Positions 1 to 12,264 of a stretch of DNA of 64,000 bases are shown piece by piece. The stretch is from Octopus sinensis (Eukaryota), in NCBI RefSeq assembly GCF_006345805.1, contig NC_042997.1:131998001-132062000 (forward strand). The letters are read 5' to 3'. Numbering within the stretch: the stretch's first letter is position 1; every line of letters starts with the position of its first letter. The notes beneath the pieces are model-generated. The model searched no databases. It worked only from the letters and a program-made list of their open reading frames with translations, and was not told the origin of the DNA. Made by a program: the position numbers and the translations under genes.

Positions 1-98
1 AATTTACTCCATTATGTCTAACTGCTTTTGCCAATGTGATGTTAAATTAGATATTCTTAATGAAAACAACTCTTCCCCCTTTGTAACCAATGTACTTC

Positions 99-487
99 TT
101 TTTTATTTGCTTCAGTCATTTGACTGTAGCCATGCTGGAGCACCGCCTTTAGTCAAGCAAATTGACCCCAGGACTTATTCTTTGTAAGCCTAGTACTTAT
201 TCTATCAGTTTCACTTGCCAAACTGCTAAGTTACGGGGACGTAAAAACACACCAACATCGGTTGTCAAGCAATGTTGGGGGGACAAACACAGACACACAA
301 ACATATACATACACACACAAACACACACGATTGGCTTCTTTCAGTTTCCGTCTACCAAATCCACTCACAAGGCTTTGGTTGGCCTGAGGCTATAGTAGAA
401 GACACTTGCCCAAGGTGCCACGCAGTGGGACTTGAACTTGAAACCATGTGGTTGGTAAGCAAGCTTACCACACAGCCACTCCTGCAC
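99..487 (-). mobile_element. tRNA-derived SINE family A (CORE-like body, internal CA/TA microsatellite, 3' module)
   Basis: Head with B-box-like GGTTCAAG, GGCACCTTGGGCAAGTGTCTTCT body, AAGAGTAA-type tail; about 20 copies in the window; sits inside the old mariner. Confidence 0.85.
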
Positions 488-1042
488 TTATACTGTTCAA
501 CTTCTTCATTACAGTGTATTGATCTAACGATATTTTATTATATATAAACAGTTTTTCAAATGTTTGAAAAAGTTATGATTTACAAAGAGATTTTAGGTGA
601 ATAAGACGAGTGCAGGAAAATTTCATAATGTGGCTCTGTTAATTTTATAAAAGTGATTTGAAAAGTGTGCAGTTGAATATTGTCAAACAGTAGAATTGAT
701 CTGTCTCTATTAGCCAGTCTTGGCTGTTTTGATTTCAGTTTTCCATTCACGTGGTCGATTTCATGGCAATGTGAGCTTGCAGCAATTGATTTCCTTTGTT
801 GCAAAATAGGAATATTGAACTAAACCTATTACAAACCATTATTCAGCCACTAATAACCATTTTGGGATGTAACAGTTGCTTTGGAAAATGTTTTAGAGAC
901 TCGTCTGCATCTAACAATTGTCTATTCCATTTTTCATCATAAGTAATGACATAATGTCAGACAGGCTTCTTTTTTACAGTGAATTAGCAGCATTAAACAC
1001 ACTTCTAGACGTTGCAGAATCTGATGTTCCATCAATCCATAT

Positions 1043-1424
1043 ACTGTTGTGATCCCCTTTGGTCATGAATGACCATAGGATTGCACCTAGAAAGTTACCC
1101 TCCCAGACACAAGTCTGGGCAAGGTTGTTTATGGAAGACCAGCAGTCGCCCACGCATACCAGGCTCCCCTCTCCATGCCACCGATGTTATCCAAGGGAAA
1201 GGGAAAGGCCCTGATACAGCTTGGCACCAGTGACGTCACGGCTCATACGCTCCACAGACACATGTACCCTTAACGTAGTTCTCGGGGAGATTCAGCGTGA
1301 CACAGAGTGTGACAAGGCTGGCCCTTTGAAATACATGTACAATAGAAACAGGAAGAAAGAGTGAGAGAAAGTTGTGGTGAAAGGGTACAGCAGGGTTCAC
1401 AACCAACCCGATACGTTCCGAGTT
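1043..1424 (-). mobile_element. Composite SINE (body E + tail X + RTE-5'UTR-like segment) with 13-bp TSD
   Basis: Direct repeat CATCAATCCATAT at 1030-1042 and 1425-1437. Body matches 32462-32737 and 63311-63478; tail matches 3978-4116/5364-5400; segment 1100-1240 recurs at ~13340-13475. Confidence 0.75.
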
Positions 1425-3084
1425 CATCAATCCATATGAAACCCCTTTATTCAACTTCCTGTTTCTGGTTTCCAGACGTCGCAATATCTGATGTTGTATC
1501 AATCCATATGAAACTTAATTATCCAACATCATGTTCCTGATGTCGAGCAAATGGCAGGAAGCTAACAAAAGAAAATACAGCTAAGTCTGTTTCAAATTTA
1601 CAAACCAGTTTGAGAGTTTCTTTTTACCAGCTTTCATAACTGGTTTCCATTTATAACGAATTTTGGTTTCCTGTCATGGCTTACTTTAAAGGTGTTCATT
1701 CTATGAGTGAAATTTCTTAAACTATCACTGTACTATTCATTGTTTAACACAGCTCATTCCAAATAGTTTCAGTTGCATAATATGATATAATTTGAACTCA
1801 TAAAAAAGGAAAGCAGGCTTCTTCAACAGTCACCATATTATTTGAAAGGCACAAAATCATTGCTTACAAGACAAACACCACCTGGAAAGTGAAACTAGCC
1901 AAGTGTTTACAAATTTGGATTTACCCATTAGCTGCTTTCACTAACATCCATAATCATAACTTAGAAATGTTTTATATTGAAAAATGACTTTTCGTGTGGT
2001 ACACCACTAATACTAATATTTTTAATACACTGTTTGTTTGTCCTGGGCTATAAATATAACAATGTATGAACAGAGTTAAGTGGATGTACGTAAGCAAATA
2101 TAATACTGCGATCTTACAAGAGGTAATAACAGGAAATAAAATATTGCTTATGAACTGAATGTACCCGGAGATGAGATGTAATGTCTAAACACTCTGATTC
2201 ATCGTAGTAGTTACTAGTCTACCAGTCTCCTAATACTGTTGTTGTTACAACATTGATAGTTCAGCAACTCTCAATAAATTACTTTGGAAACATGATACAG
2301 TAATAGATTTCTTTTTAAATTAAATAAAAATGTAATCTGAAGTCAGTTGAGACAGTTATCACCTCTCACTTGCAATGCTGTTTATATATGCAGGCACTGA
2401 AAAACAAAAACAAAAAACACACACACACAAAAAAAAAAACATAACCAACAACCTTTGTTTTTATCCCGCGAGGCCTTGCTGCATTTAAAGCAAACTCTGA
2501 ATGAGAATTAGCAGATTTCACTGCCAAGAATGAGGCACAAGTGAATCTAAATACCGAGTTTTCTATGACATGACAGTGCCAATCGTAATAATAATTTCTA
2601 ACTTTGGCAGGAGGCCACAAATTTTTGGAGAGCCTATCTATAGTCAGTTGATTCAACTTCAGTACATTAATGATAATTCTTTGTTTTTTAACATTGGCGC
2701 AAAACATACTTAACAGGTACTTATTTCATCAATTCCATAAGGATGAAAGAAGAGATGGCCTTGGTAGGATTCAAAACACAATCAACCCACTGATATGACT
2801 CCACTGGTGTCTATAACTTGATCGTGATTACTTTAGGAATTGTACAACAGTAATAGATCACAAGACAGAGTAAACTTTTGGAGAAATTTTAAATTTCTAT
2901 GTAAGACAGCAATTAGCAGACAGATTGCTAAAGGAACAGGCAAAATGAGGCAATAAAAAATATTATATAAAAAGCAGGTAGTTTCACTGGGTGTTTAAAA
3001 GTGCAAAGCACCCTTATATAATTAGAAGAGACAGGGAATCAATGAAGTGTATTGAAAATAAAGAATAGTGAAACAGACTGTGAA

Positions 3085-3125
<41 letters not shown>

Positions 3126-3977
3126 CACGCAGTGTAGTACTACTAGTTGGTATTTATAGAAAATAAACACCCACCCACTGCCAAAATGAAGGCATCATTT
3201 CAGGAGGTTGTCACTGTTATTGGAACTCCTTATCAATTCCACTGCTCAAGGGATGGAAGTTGCAGACTAAATGGACCTGATATCTTTAATATAGTGATTA
3301 CAAGATCTACAATAATCGGATCTAATCTGCAAAGCTAGGACACCGGATACACCAGCAGGTAGTTTGTTTGTTTGTTTTCCGAAAGGCAATCTTCAAGGCC
3401 TACCACTTACCTACCATATATTATGGTAACATTTATATATTATATTTTACATTTATCACCTGCAATAAACATACTGGTTGGAAACACGTTTGCAAGAATA
3501 CAAACTAATTCTATCTTGGGTTACACACTTCAGGTTAGCACTAACATTCCGACAGCTCTCTTTTCTCTTAGTGCTATTTTCAAGGGAATTTTGACAGACT
3601 AAGTGCTTTCCTGATATGTTTTTATAGCTCAAAGTAACCGTTTCAAGTAATCCCACTGCACAAACTAAAAATAACAAACAAACAACTCCACAAACCCCAA
3701 GAGCTTGTGTGGCTGATATTTGCCTGGAGATTTGGAAACATTAAATAGATTACATATATATTCAGCCTACAACAGGTACACAGCTTTCCTGGGGAAAAAA
3801 AACCCTTAATGTTAAGCCCCAGTCTAGCTCATTTAAGCAGACCTATGATTAAAAAGGCCTGCCAATAATGACCATAGTTTTTTTTCTTTTTCTTTTTTGT
3901 CTAGAGATAACTAGGACTAAATTATCTAATATATCCTTATTTAAATTTTTGCCTCTCCTCTGTATAACATATCGTAC

Positions 3978-5541
3978 TTTCCGACCCTCAGTTGGTTATG
4001 ATGACGAGGGTTCCAGTTAATCTGATCAATAGAGCAGCCAGTTCATGAAATTAATTGAGCATTACGTAGACACACATACTCTTAATACAGTTCTCAGAGA
4101 GATACAGCGTGACATATCAGGCTGAGTAAAAAGTAAGCAACGTTTTGAAATGTGAAATTCATCACAATATATTTCAACAATGTGGAAATTTTATTCATCA
4201 AAGTAAGTACCATTACAATCAATACATTTTTGCTGAGTTACAAGTTTGCTTATTCCAGTAACATAAAAATCTGGAGTTCTGGAGCTGATGAACTCTTCGA
4301 ATGTACTTTCAGCATCAGTTCGATTTTTGAACTCCTCCTCTTGCAGGAAACCATCAAGGGGCTTGAAGAAGTGGTAGTTGGTAGGTGAAAAGTCTGGGGA
4401 ATAAGCTAGGTGGGGAAAAACTTTAAAGCCAAGTTCCCTCAACTTCTGCAGCATCATTAGTGAAACATGTGGTTGAGCATTGTCATGAAAAATGAATGGC
4501 CTTCTTCTGTTGACCTGTCTGGGACAGAGGAGTTGCAGTTTTTCGTTCATTTTGGCAATTTTATGGTAATGTATTTCTGCAGTAATGGTTTTTTTCAGGT
4601 TTTAAGAAGTAAAAGTAGCTGAGTCCAGCAGTACACCACCAAACAGTCACCATAACCTTTTTGAAGAGCTTGAGTTTACGGAAGGTTTGCAGTGTTTCAT
4701 TTTCGTCCAACCACTGCAAATAACATTTTTTATTATTGTACAGAATCCACTTTTCATCGCAAGTTACAATACGGTAGAGAAATGGATCGGTCTGGTTACA
4801 GAGAAGGAGTGACGAGCTAATTTCATATCTGCACATTTTCTGATTTTCATTCAAATTGTGTGGTACCCATTTGAAGAGCTTTTTTGATTTTCTGATCGCA
4901 GGCAGTTTTCTGACTAACTTGAAGTTCTTTTGATAGTTCTCAAGTGGTTTTATGTGGATCTTTCTCAATAATGGTCTTTAATTGACCGTCATCCATGACA
5001 GATGGACGTCCACTATGCTCATGATCTTCAAGGCAGCTCAAGTCTCCACTGCAAAATCGTTTAAACCATTTACGAGCTGACCACTCAGCTCAAAGTTTCA
5101 TTGATATCGTAAGCAATTTTAGCTGCTTTACGTCTTTTTTTTAAAGTTGAATAGCAAAACTACTTGAATATCACACTTTGACAGTTCCATTTCAGATGGT
5201 GGAAAAAATATCAATGTTAATTTGATGCATTTGGGCAAGTCTATGTCTGTATAATCAGACAATTGCAAAAAAAAAAAAATGTTAAGAAAAATTAAAAACT
5301 GCAATAATCTAGTACAAATTCTTCATGGTTGAAAACATTGCTTACTATTTACTCAACCTGATAGAATGTGATAGGGCTGGCCCTTTGAATTACAAGCACA
5401 ACTTGTTTTTGCCAGCTGAGTGGACTAGAGCAACATGAAATAAAGCATCTTAATTAAGGACACATTTCACCCCCAGGTATCAAACTCATGATCTTACAAT
5501 CATGAGCTGGATACCCTAACCACTAAACCACATGCCTTCAC
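3978..5541 (-). mobile_element. tRNA-derived SINE (head D + tail X) split by a mariner insertion
   Basis: CAGCGTGACA|TA..TA|GAATGTGATAGGGCTGGCCC rejoins into the sequence seen contiguous at ~1293-1325; tRNA-like head at 5480-5541. Confidence 0.8.
4117..5361 (-). mobile_element. Full-length mariner transposon (1245 bp) with frameshifted transposase
   Basis: 33-bp TIRs with 4 mismatches (TCAGGCTGAGTAAAAAGTAAGCAACGTTTTGAA); TA TSD at 4115-16 and 5362-63; ATG at 5190; WVPHNL, RIVTCDEKW, HDNAQPH and YSPDFSPTNY motifs in ORFs 4561-4968 and 4191-4550. Confidence 0.95.
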
Positions 5542-5700
5542 ATGTGATACATAAAACATATTTTCCCTGACATCTATGCACCATATATGAGACACATTCC
5601 CAATTTTATTCAATCACCAGAATAACTTGAGATATATGAGAGGTAAGTTTTATATTAGTCAGAATGTATGAAACAAGGGCTAACTAAAAGTTTAAAAACA

Positions 5701-6110
5701 AGCCAGTGGCACATAAAAAGCACCATCCAAGCTTGATCATTGCCAGGGCTGCTGATTGGCTCCCATGCCAGTGGCACGTAAAAAGCACCATTCGAGCATG
5801 ATCGTTACCAGTGTCACCTTACTGGCACGTGAAAAAACATTTGAGTAAGGTCGTTGCTAGTGCCGCTGGCATGTAAAAAGACACCATTTGAGTGTGGCTG
5901 TTGCCAGTACCGCCTGATTGGCCCTTGTGCCGGTGGCATGTAAAAGTGCCCACTACACTCTCGGAGTGGTTGGCGTTAGGAAGGGCATCCAGCTGTAGAA
6001 ACTCTGCCAGATCAGATTGGAGCCTGGTGCAGCCATCTGGTTTGCCAGCCCTCGGTCAAATCGTCCAACCCATGCTAGCATGGAAAGCGGACGTTAAATG
6101 ATGATGATGA
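5701..6110 (+). mobile_element. RTE LINE 3'UTR/tail fragment with VNTR
   Basis: GGTGGCACGTAAAAAGCACC repeat units, GGTTGGCGTTAGGAAGGGCATCCAGC motif and (GAT)n tail, matching the 3' end of the RTE at 49578-51761. Confidence 0.85.
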
Positions 6111-7150
6111 GGTTTAGGACAAACTTATGAAAATGCTTTGGACAGGTAAGGTGTTAAGATAACAGGATGTGATGTGGAGGAGAGTTATCTGTTATGTCCA
6201 ATAATCTCCTGTAGAACATATTTGGTTTCTATTTTACCTGCATAGTAAAAACTCAGTCAAGGTAAAGCAGATAGACAATGAAACCCAGTAGCTATGAATA
6301 AACAAGCTACGATCCAATAGCATAACATCTAATCTAATACACTTAGTATATTCAGCCACTACATTTATTTTCCATCTACCAAATGTTTGTAGGTTACTTG
6401 CAATTATTGCCTCGGTTTTTCTGACATGCATCATTTCACTTCTGATGTGTGTGTGTAATAGATATATTTTCTCTTCGACACACAAAGGAAAAAGAAGTTT
6501 CTGATAAATGAGAGCAACAGAGAAATATAAAATGAGTGAGGTGTGATTTTTACAGAGATTAACACAGTGCAGGTAATGCACTGCTTGTACTATTCAGTTC
6601 AATGGAAGTTTGAATATATATATACTCACACATTCACACAATGGACTCTGAACTGTTTTGATGATTTGTAGTAACTATTTGTAGTTTCGATGATGGTGTA
6701 GTATCTACAGTAATTTTACTGACCTAATTACCACCAGAGATAGAAAGCTATCACCATAACACAGCTGTTTTTCCAATAGTGTAATGTCTAGGATATCAAG
6801 TGGGTAGATACTGTTCAGGAGTCTACAACAGGTTCGAAAGGCAATATAGGTATTGTGTGTGTAAGAAAGTTTCTATGAGACTTATAAGTGTTTGTGTGTC
6901 ACATGTGTTTGAACATGGGAAATGTTCCTTTTTTTTTAAAACTCTACAGTTTTCAAGCCCTTTTGTATTCAACCTGCCTTTCATAATGCATAGCTAACAC
7001 ACTTCGACATGTTCGTCATCATCATGGTCACAAGCATGTCGGACTGAATTGGTGTGGTGTACATACACTATAATCTGGAAAGACAAACTAAATGTAGATG
7101 GCCAGAGAAAGTAATTGAATATTAGAACCTATACAGTAAGAAAAATAACT

Positions 7151-7558
7151 GCACAGGGCCTTGGATGCACAAGTGCACAGGGCCTCAGACGCACAAATGA
7201 ACAGGACCCCGGATGCACAAGTGAACAGGGCCCCCGATGCACAAGTGAACAGGGCCTCGGACGCACAAGTCAACAGGGCCCCAGACGCACAAGTGTACAG
7301 GGCCCCAGACGCACAAGTGTACAGGGCCTCGGACACACAAGTGTACAGGGCCTCGGACGCACAAGTGTACAGGGCCTCGGACGCACAAGTGAACAGGGCC
7401 TCGGACACACAAGTGAACAGGGCCTTGGACACACAAGTGAACAGAGCCTTGGACACACAAGTGAACAGAGCCTTGGACACACAAGTGAACAGAGCCTCGG
7501 ATACACAAGTGCACAGGGCCTTGGACACAAAAGTACACAGGGCCTCAGACACACAGCT
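7151..7558. repeat. 24-bp minisatellite, 17 units
   Basis: Consensus GAACAGGGCCTCGGACRCACAAGT; 17 x 24 = 408 bp with no indels; GC-rich relative to flanks. Confidence 0.97.
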
Positions 7559-8140
7559 ATACACAAGCTCTGACACACTACACTAACTCCATCATGTAAT
7601 GCAAATAGATATTTAAAAGTTGAAAGATAATAAAGGGCAGTATAGGCCAGAGATGTATGGACACTAGAATGAGACACTGGGTGCAGGTGTTTAAATGCTG
7701 ATGATTTGACATGATTAACTAGACATAGTATGCTTTGGCAACAGTGCTTTTTGGTGCTTGAGGGATACACAGCTGTATAGAAGTATAGAGGCATTACAAT
7801 TTTATTTGAACATGACTGGCATACACTTTCTCTGCCTCATTAACGGAGAGAGAGAGAAACATTAAAAAATCTGATGCGAAATAGCCAGTATCAAATTATC
7901 AATGCCAAAGAGCAAGTGCCAAAATGTCTTGTACCTTATTGGTATGTACCACATAGCCATAGCAGTATGGTACTGATACTATGATGTCAGAGGTCACAGG
8001 TAGCTATCACTGCTCTGCTAGAAATTATGATCATTATCTCATCACCATCATCATCAATGACAGGCAGACTTAAGGTATAGTAATGCTAGTGATGGTTAGC
8101 CAAGACCAGCTTAGTTACAACAGTCTTATAACATATAAGA

Positions 8141-8478
8141 TCATCATCATCGTTTAATGTCCGCTTTCCATGCTAGCATGGGTTGGACAATTTGACTGAG
8201 GACTGGCAAGCCAGAAGGCTGCACCAGACTCCAATCTGATCTGGCAGAATTTCTACAGCTGGATGCCGTTCCTATGAGAGTGATGTGGGTGCTTTTACAT
8301 GACACCGGCACGAAGGCTAGTCAGGTGGTACTGGCAATGGCCACGCTCAAATGGTGCTTTTTATGTGCCACCTACACAGGAGCCAGTCCAGCGGCACTGG
8401 CAACGACCTCGCTCGAATGTTTTTTCACGTGCCACCAGCACAAGTGCCAATGAGGCGACGCAGGTAACGATCACGCTA
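8141..8478 (-). mobile_element. RTE 3' tail fragment with VNTR
   Basis: (CAT)n tail followed by the same motifs as 5701-6110 in reverse. Confidence 0.85.
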
Positions 8479-8542
8479 ATTCTTAGTGGCAATATGATGA
8501 AAACGAAGAGGAATATGTTGATGGTAATCATAATGATGATAA

Positions 8543-8948
8543 GGCGGCGAGCTGGCAGAGATGTTAGCACACCGGGTGAAATGCTTAGTGGTATTTCATC
8601 TGCTGTTATGTTGTGAGTTCAAATTCCGCCGAGGTTGACTTTGCCTTTCATCCTTTCAGGGTCAATTAAATAAGTACCAGTTACACACTGGAGTCGATGT
8701 AATCAACTTAATACCTATGTCTGTCCTTGTTTGTCCCCTCTATGTTTAGCCCCTTGTGGGTAATAAAGAAATAGGTATTTCATCTGCAGTTACGTTGTGA
8801 GTTCAAATTCCGCCAAGGTTGACTTTGCCTTTCATCCTTTCGGGGTCAATTAGATAAGTACCAGTTACGCACTGGGGTCAATGTAATCGACTTAATACCT
8901 ATGTCTGTCCTTGTTTGTCCCCTCTATGTGGGCAATAAAGAAATAGGT
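8543..8948 (+). mobile_element. tRNA-derived SINE family B, tandem dimer
   Basis: Head GGCGAGCTGGCAGA..GAGTTCAAATTCC, body CTTTCATCCTTTCGGGGTC..AAGTACCAG; second unit restarts at GTATTTCATCTG (~8777). Confidence 0.85.
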
Positions 8949-9327
8949 AATCATAATGATGACAACAAACAGAAGACTAAACAGAAGTCTGGTTTCTATT
9001 ACAACTCTATTGACAAAACAAATCTCTGTTTCAGTCAATGGGAATGAGGTACACAAGAACTTGTTTATTTGAGTCAAGTCACCTTATGAACACAAAGAAA
9101 ACACAACACTATTATTTATGTGCATGTATAAAAGAGATAGAAAGAAAGAACTAAAAGAAGGTAGGTGTATATGTATGGAAACATATAACAGCAATTTAGC
9201 AGCAACCAAAATAAACATAAAGAGAAGAAAGTAAGTGTTTACATTTTACAAGTTTGAAATGTGAAACAGGTGATCTTATTTAAAGATATAGCTGGCCTTA
9301 TTTTTCTTTGCTCCTCTTTCATTTTTA

Positions 9328-9363
<36 letters not shown>

Positions 9364-9676
9364 TTTTAATTGTTTTTTTTTTAATTATCATATTTTGTTT
9401 ACTCATCATATACTACCACAACATCAGAAGCATATCAAATATTGCTGTGTAATTTGATTGGATAAACAGATTTGTTTTGTTTCGTTTTCGTTTTGTTTTT
9501 GTATGCGAGTTTTCTCTTGCCATACAAATGATTTAGGCGATCCACAGTGCTGTTTGTTTTTCCAGTTTTTATGTAATAGAAGCTTCGTACAAAGAAGACA
9601 AAGCAAATGAATAAAGTTACTTCACAATGACACAAAGGCAAACAAAGTAGTATGATACAAGCCTTGGGCATATTCG

Positions 9677-9797
9677 GTGGTGGTGGTGGTGGTGGTGGTA
9701 GTGACAGTAGAGATGATGGCAGTAGTAGTAGTAGTAGTAGTAGTAGTGATGGTGATGATGGTAGTAATAGTAGCAGTGGTGATGGTGGTAGTAGTAA
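9677..9797. repeat. Compound (GGT/AGT/GAT)n microsatellite
   Basis: Directly visible trinucleotide runs. Confidence 0.95.
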
Positions 9798-10084
9798 CAT
9801 CAGCTGTAAGGAACTACAGCACTTGGCATAATGCTATTCAACATGAAAGAGTTGAACGCTCTCCAAATTAAAAACTGCAGATCGCATGCGTGTAGAATGG
9901 AAAATATTGTCAATGAGCAAAATGCCGATGTAAACAATACAGGCATTATCCACTCCGATCCCAACCCCTCCCCCAACTCCACTCCCGGGTTATGGAAGTG
10001 AAGTGTTCTTGAAAAGTCTTGTTGCAAAGTAAAACTTTATTATTTTCCCATTGACTTCAATGTTAGATTATCCCCTACTAACTG

Positions 10085-10152
10085 CTATCACCATCATCGC
10101 CGTCACCACCGCCGCAATCATCACCACCAACACTACCACCATCATCATCATT
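10085..10152. repeat. Compound (ACC/ATC)n microsatellite
   Basis: Directly visible; complementary in composition to 9677-9797. Confidence 0.9.
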
Positions 10153-10481
10153 ACATTATACTGTTTCTTTTGTGTTAGAATGATTAATCATCATTTCCAA
10201 TACATAAAACAAAATATTTCAAGACTGTCAACACATTTCTTCCATTCCAACAATTAAATTTATTTCTACTTTTCAAACACAGACAGAAGTGAATTGTTGC
10301 AATATTTCTGTTTTGTCCCCAATCCTATTATTATTATTATTATTATTATTATCATCATTGCTGTCAGTTACAGGTGGTGTTGTTGTTATGGTAACTAGTT
10401 TTTTTTTTTTTTAATTATAATTAATATTATGATTAATATTTCCCAAGTTGATATTTTCTAACAATTTTCTTTATCCACTCT

Positions 10482-10815
10482 TTGAGAATGAAATATGCTA
10501 AACTGGTGGAGCTATACCAAAGCAACGGGTTATACACAAGACATGATCCCATTAAAATGGGATGCAGAGGGTTTGCAAGTCAGTCCCCCTGCAGAACTTA
10601 CATGTTTGGCATCACAGGGGCCAGTAAACAGAAAGCCACCAAGTTGGCTATGGAGGCAGCTGTGGATCAGGAGGTGCAAGCCCTAGTAGGAGCAGTGCTA
10701 CTAGAGGCAATGCTAACTTTACACAAGCTGGGTCTGAATCAACTCTGGTTATGTCACCTGGGTGAGGGTATCTGATGTTGAAAGACCCAGATACATCACA
10801 GGATTATGATGTATG
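10482..10815 (+). mobile_element. 3' remnant of an RLE-type (HERO-like) non-LTR retrotransposon
   Basis: ORF KYAKLVELYQSNG..PIKMGCRGFASQS..GITGA..A.EAA resembles the KY.EL..EC..GW..P.EVGCRGF C-terminus; 3' CTGGGTGAGGGTATCTGATGTTGAAAGACCC matches the HERO 3'UTR as recalled. Confidence 0.65.
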
Positions 10816-10831
10816 GGTAAGATTATCAGTC

Positions 10832-11185
10832 TTTTTTTTTTCAGGCATTTGACTGTGGTAATGCTGGAGCACCGCCTTTAGTCAAACAAATCAATACCAG
10901 GATTTATTCTTTGTAAGCCTAGTACTTATTCTATAGTTCTGTTTTTCCGAACTGCTAAGTTATGGGGATGTAAACACACCAACATCAGTTGTCAAGTGAT
11001 GGTGGGGGGACAAACACAAACACACACACACACACATCATCATCATCTAACGTCCACAGTTTCACTTACAAGGTTGGCCTGGGGCTCTATCAGAAGACAC
11101 TTGCCTAAAGTATTATGCAGTGAGATTGAACCCACAACCATGAGGATGTGGCGTGAACCATTTAACCACACTGTCATGTCAGTGC
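10832..11185 (-). mobile_element. SINE family A
   Basis: Homologous to 99-487. Confidence 0.8.
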
Positions 11186-11905
11186 CTAAATTTTCATAAT
11201 CTCAGTAGGCATATCCAGGAATAAGACCCTGGATAAGAACCACAAATCAAAATGATGAAATTGTAGAATAGACATAAGGACTAGAATCTTTTAGCTCTAA
11301 AGATGAGGTTAAGAGTTAGAAACATTTTAATTGCTTTATCAATAGCTCACACCTGACATTCAGATATTTAATATATCCTGTCGTAACTGAATTTCTTTAT
11401 TGAATTCAAGGCATCAATGGAGAAAAAAGATCAATGAGAAAATTTATACAATAAAATTTAGATATTATATTTGTTAAAGAATACATTTAATAAATCTTAA
11501 TTAAAAACACATGAAAATTAAAGTCTCTCACGAGCCATTTTACAGCTTTATTGCTGTTTTTATGAACAAAATGTTTAGATAATTTTATAAGCATTATTAA
11601 TTATGTATTAATAACATTACGAACTCATAAAAATAATCTAATATAGCTATTAATCAGTAGCTGTAGAATAGTTCTAATGAATTTTAAATTTTTCTTTCAC
11701 GCACACACACACCACACGCATGCACACAAAACAGAAACTCATATATGATAAGAAAAATAAAAATGTAAGATGCCGTTAGACTTCAATAATAAGGTGAGTA
11801 TTCCCAGGGGTTGAGGAATATGCCCACCAGGAAGTAGAATTTGTGTGTGTGTAAGGGTCTTACACACGTGTGTGTAAGGGTCTTACAATGTAGCATACTA
11901 ACAAA

Positions 11906-12264
11906 GGTGTGGACATAGCTGTGTAGTTAAGAAGCTCACTTTGTGACCGTGTGGTTTTGAGTTCAGTCCCACTGCATGGTACCTTGGCTAAATATTTTCT
12001 CATAGACTGAGTAATGCCTTGTGACTGAATCTGGTAGACAGAAACTGTGTAGAAACCAGTCGTGTGTGTATGTGTGTATGTTTGTGTGTGTGTGTGAGAC
12101 CACCTCTTGAGGACCTTTAACTTAGCAGCTTGGGCAAAAGAGACAGGTAGCATAAATACCAGACTTTAAAAAAAACATAAGCACTGGGGCTGATTTGTTC
12201 AGCTAATCTCTTCAGAGTGGTGCCCCAGCATGGCCAGTCCAATGTCTAAAGCCAGTAAAAGATA
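11906..12264 (+). mobile_element. SINE family A (diverged)
   Basis: Head, CORE-like body, microsatellite and 3' module recognisable. Confidence 0.7.

Larger units (their letters stand above)
1..1830 (-). mobile_element. Old, decayed mariner (DD34D) transposase copy interrupted by two retroposon insertions
   Basis: Collinear degenerate motifs on minus: FLFYEFKL (~1810), KLNKGVSYGL (WVPHEL-like, ~1430-1460), QILQRLEVC (~1000-1040), DEKW (~930), ORF 580-804 ILLFDNIQLH..HSSYSPKISL (HDNARPH..HPPYSPDL-like), ISNLTSHWQK (~20-60). Many stops and frameshifts. Confidence 0.8.

Noticed and set aside
1686-1730. Minus-strand exon-like DSLRNFTHRMNTFK followed by GTAAGC
   Set aside because: It lies inside the decayed mariner N-terminus (another frame reads VQ**FKKFHS, matching VQWWFKKF) and has a weak acceptor.
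7588-7772. Phase-1 acceptor and open frame (VYPSSTKKHCC...) as exon 2 of the CERK-like gene
   Set aside because: The peptide lacks recognisable PH-domain features, the donor is weak, and ORFs of this length are common in the window.
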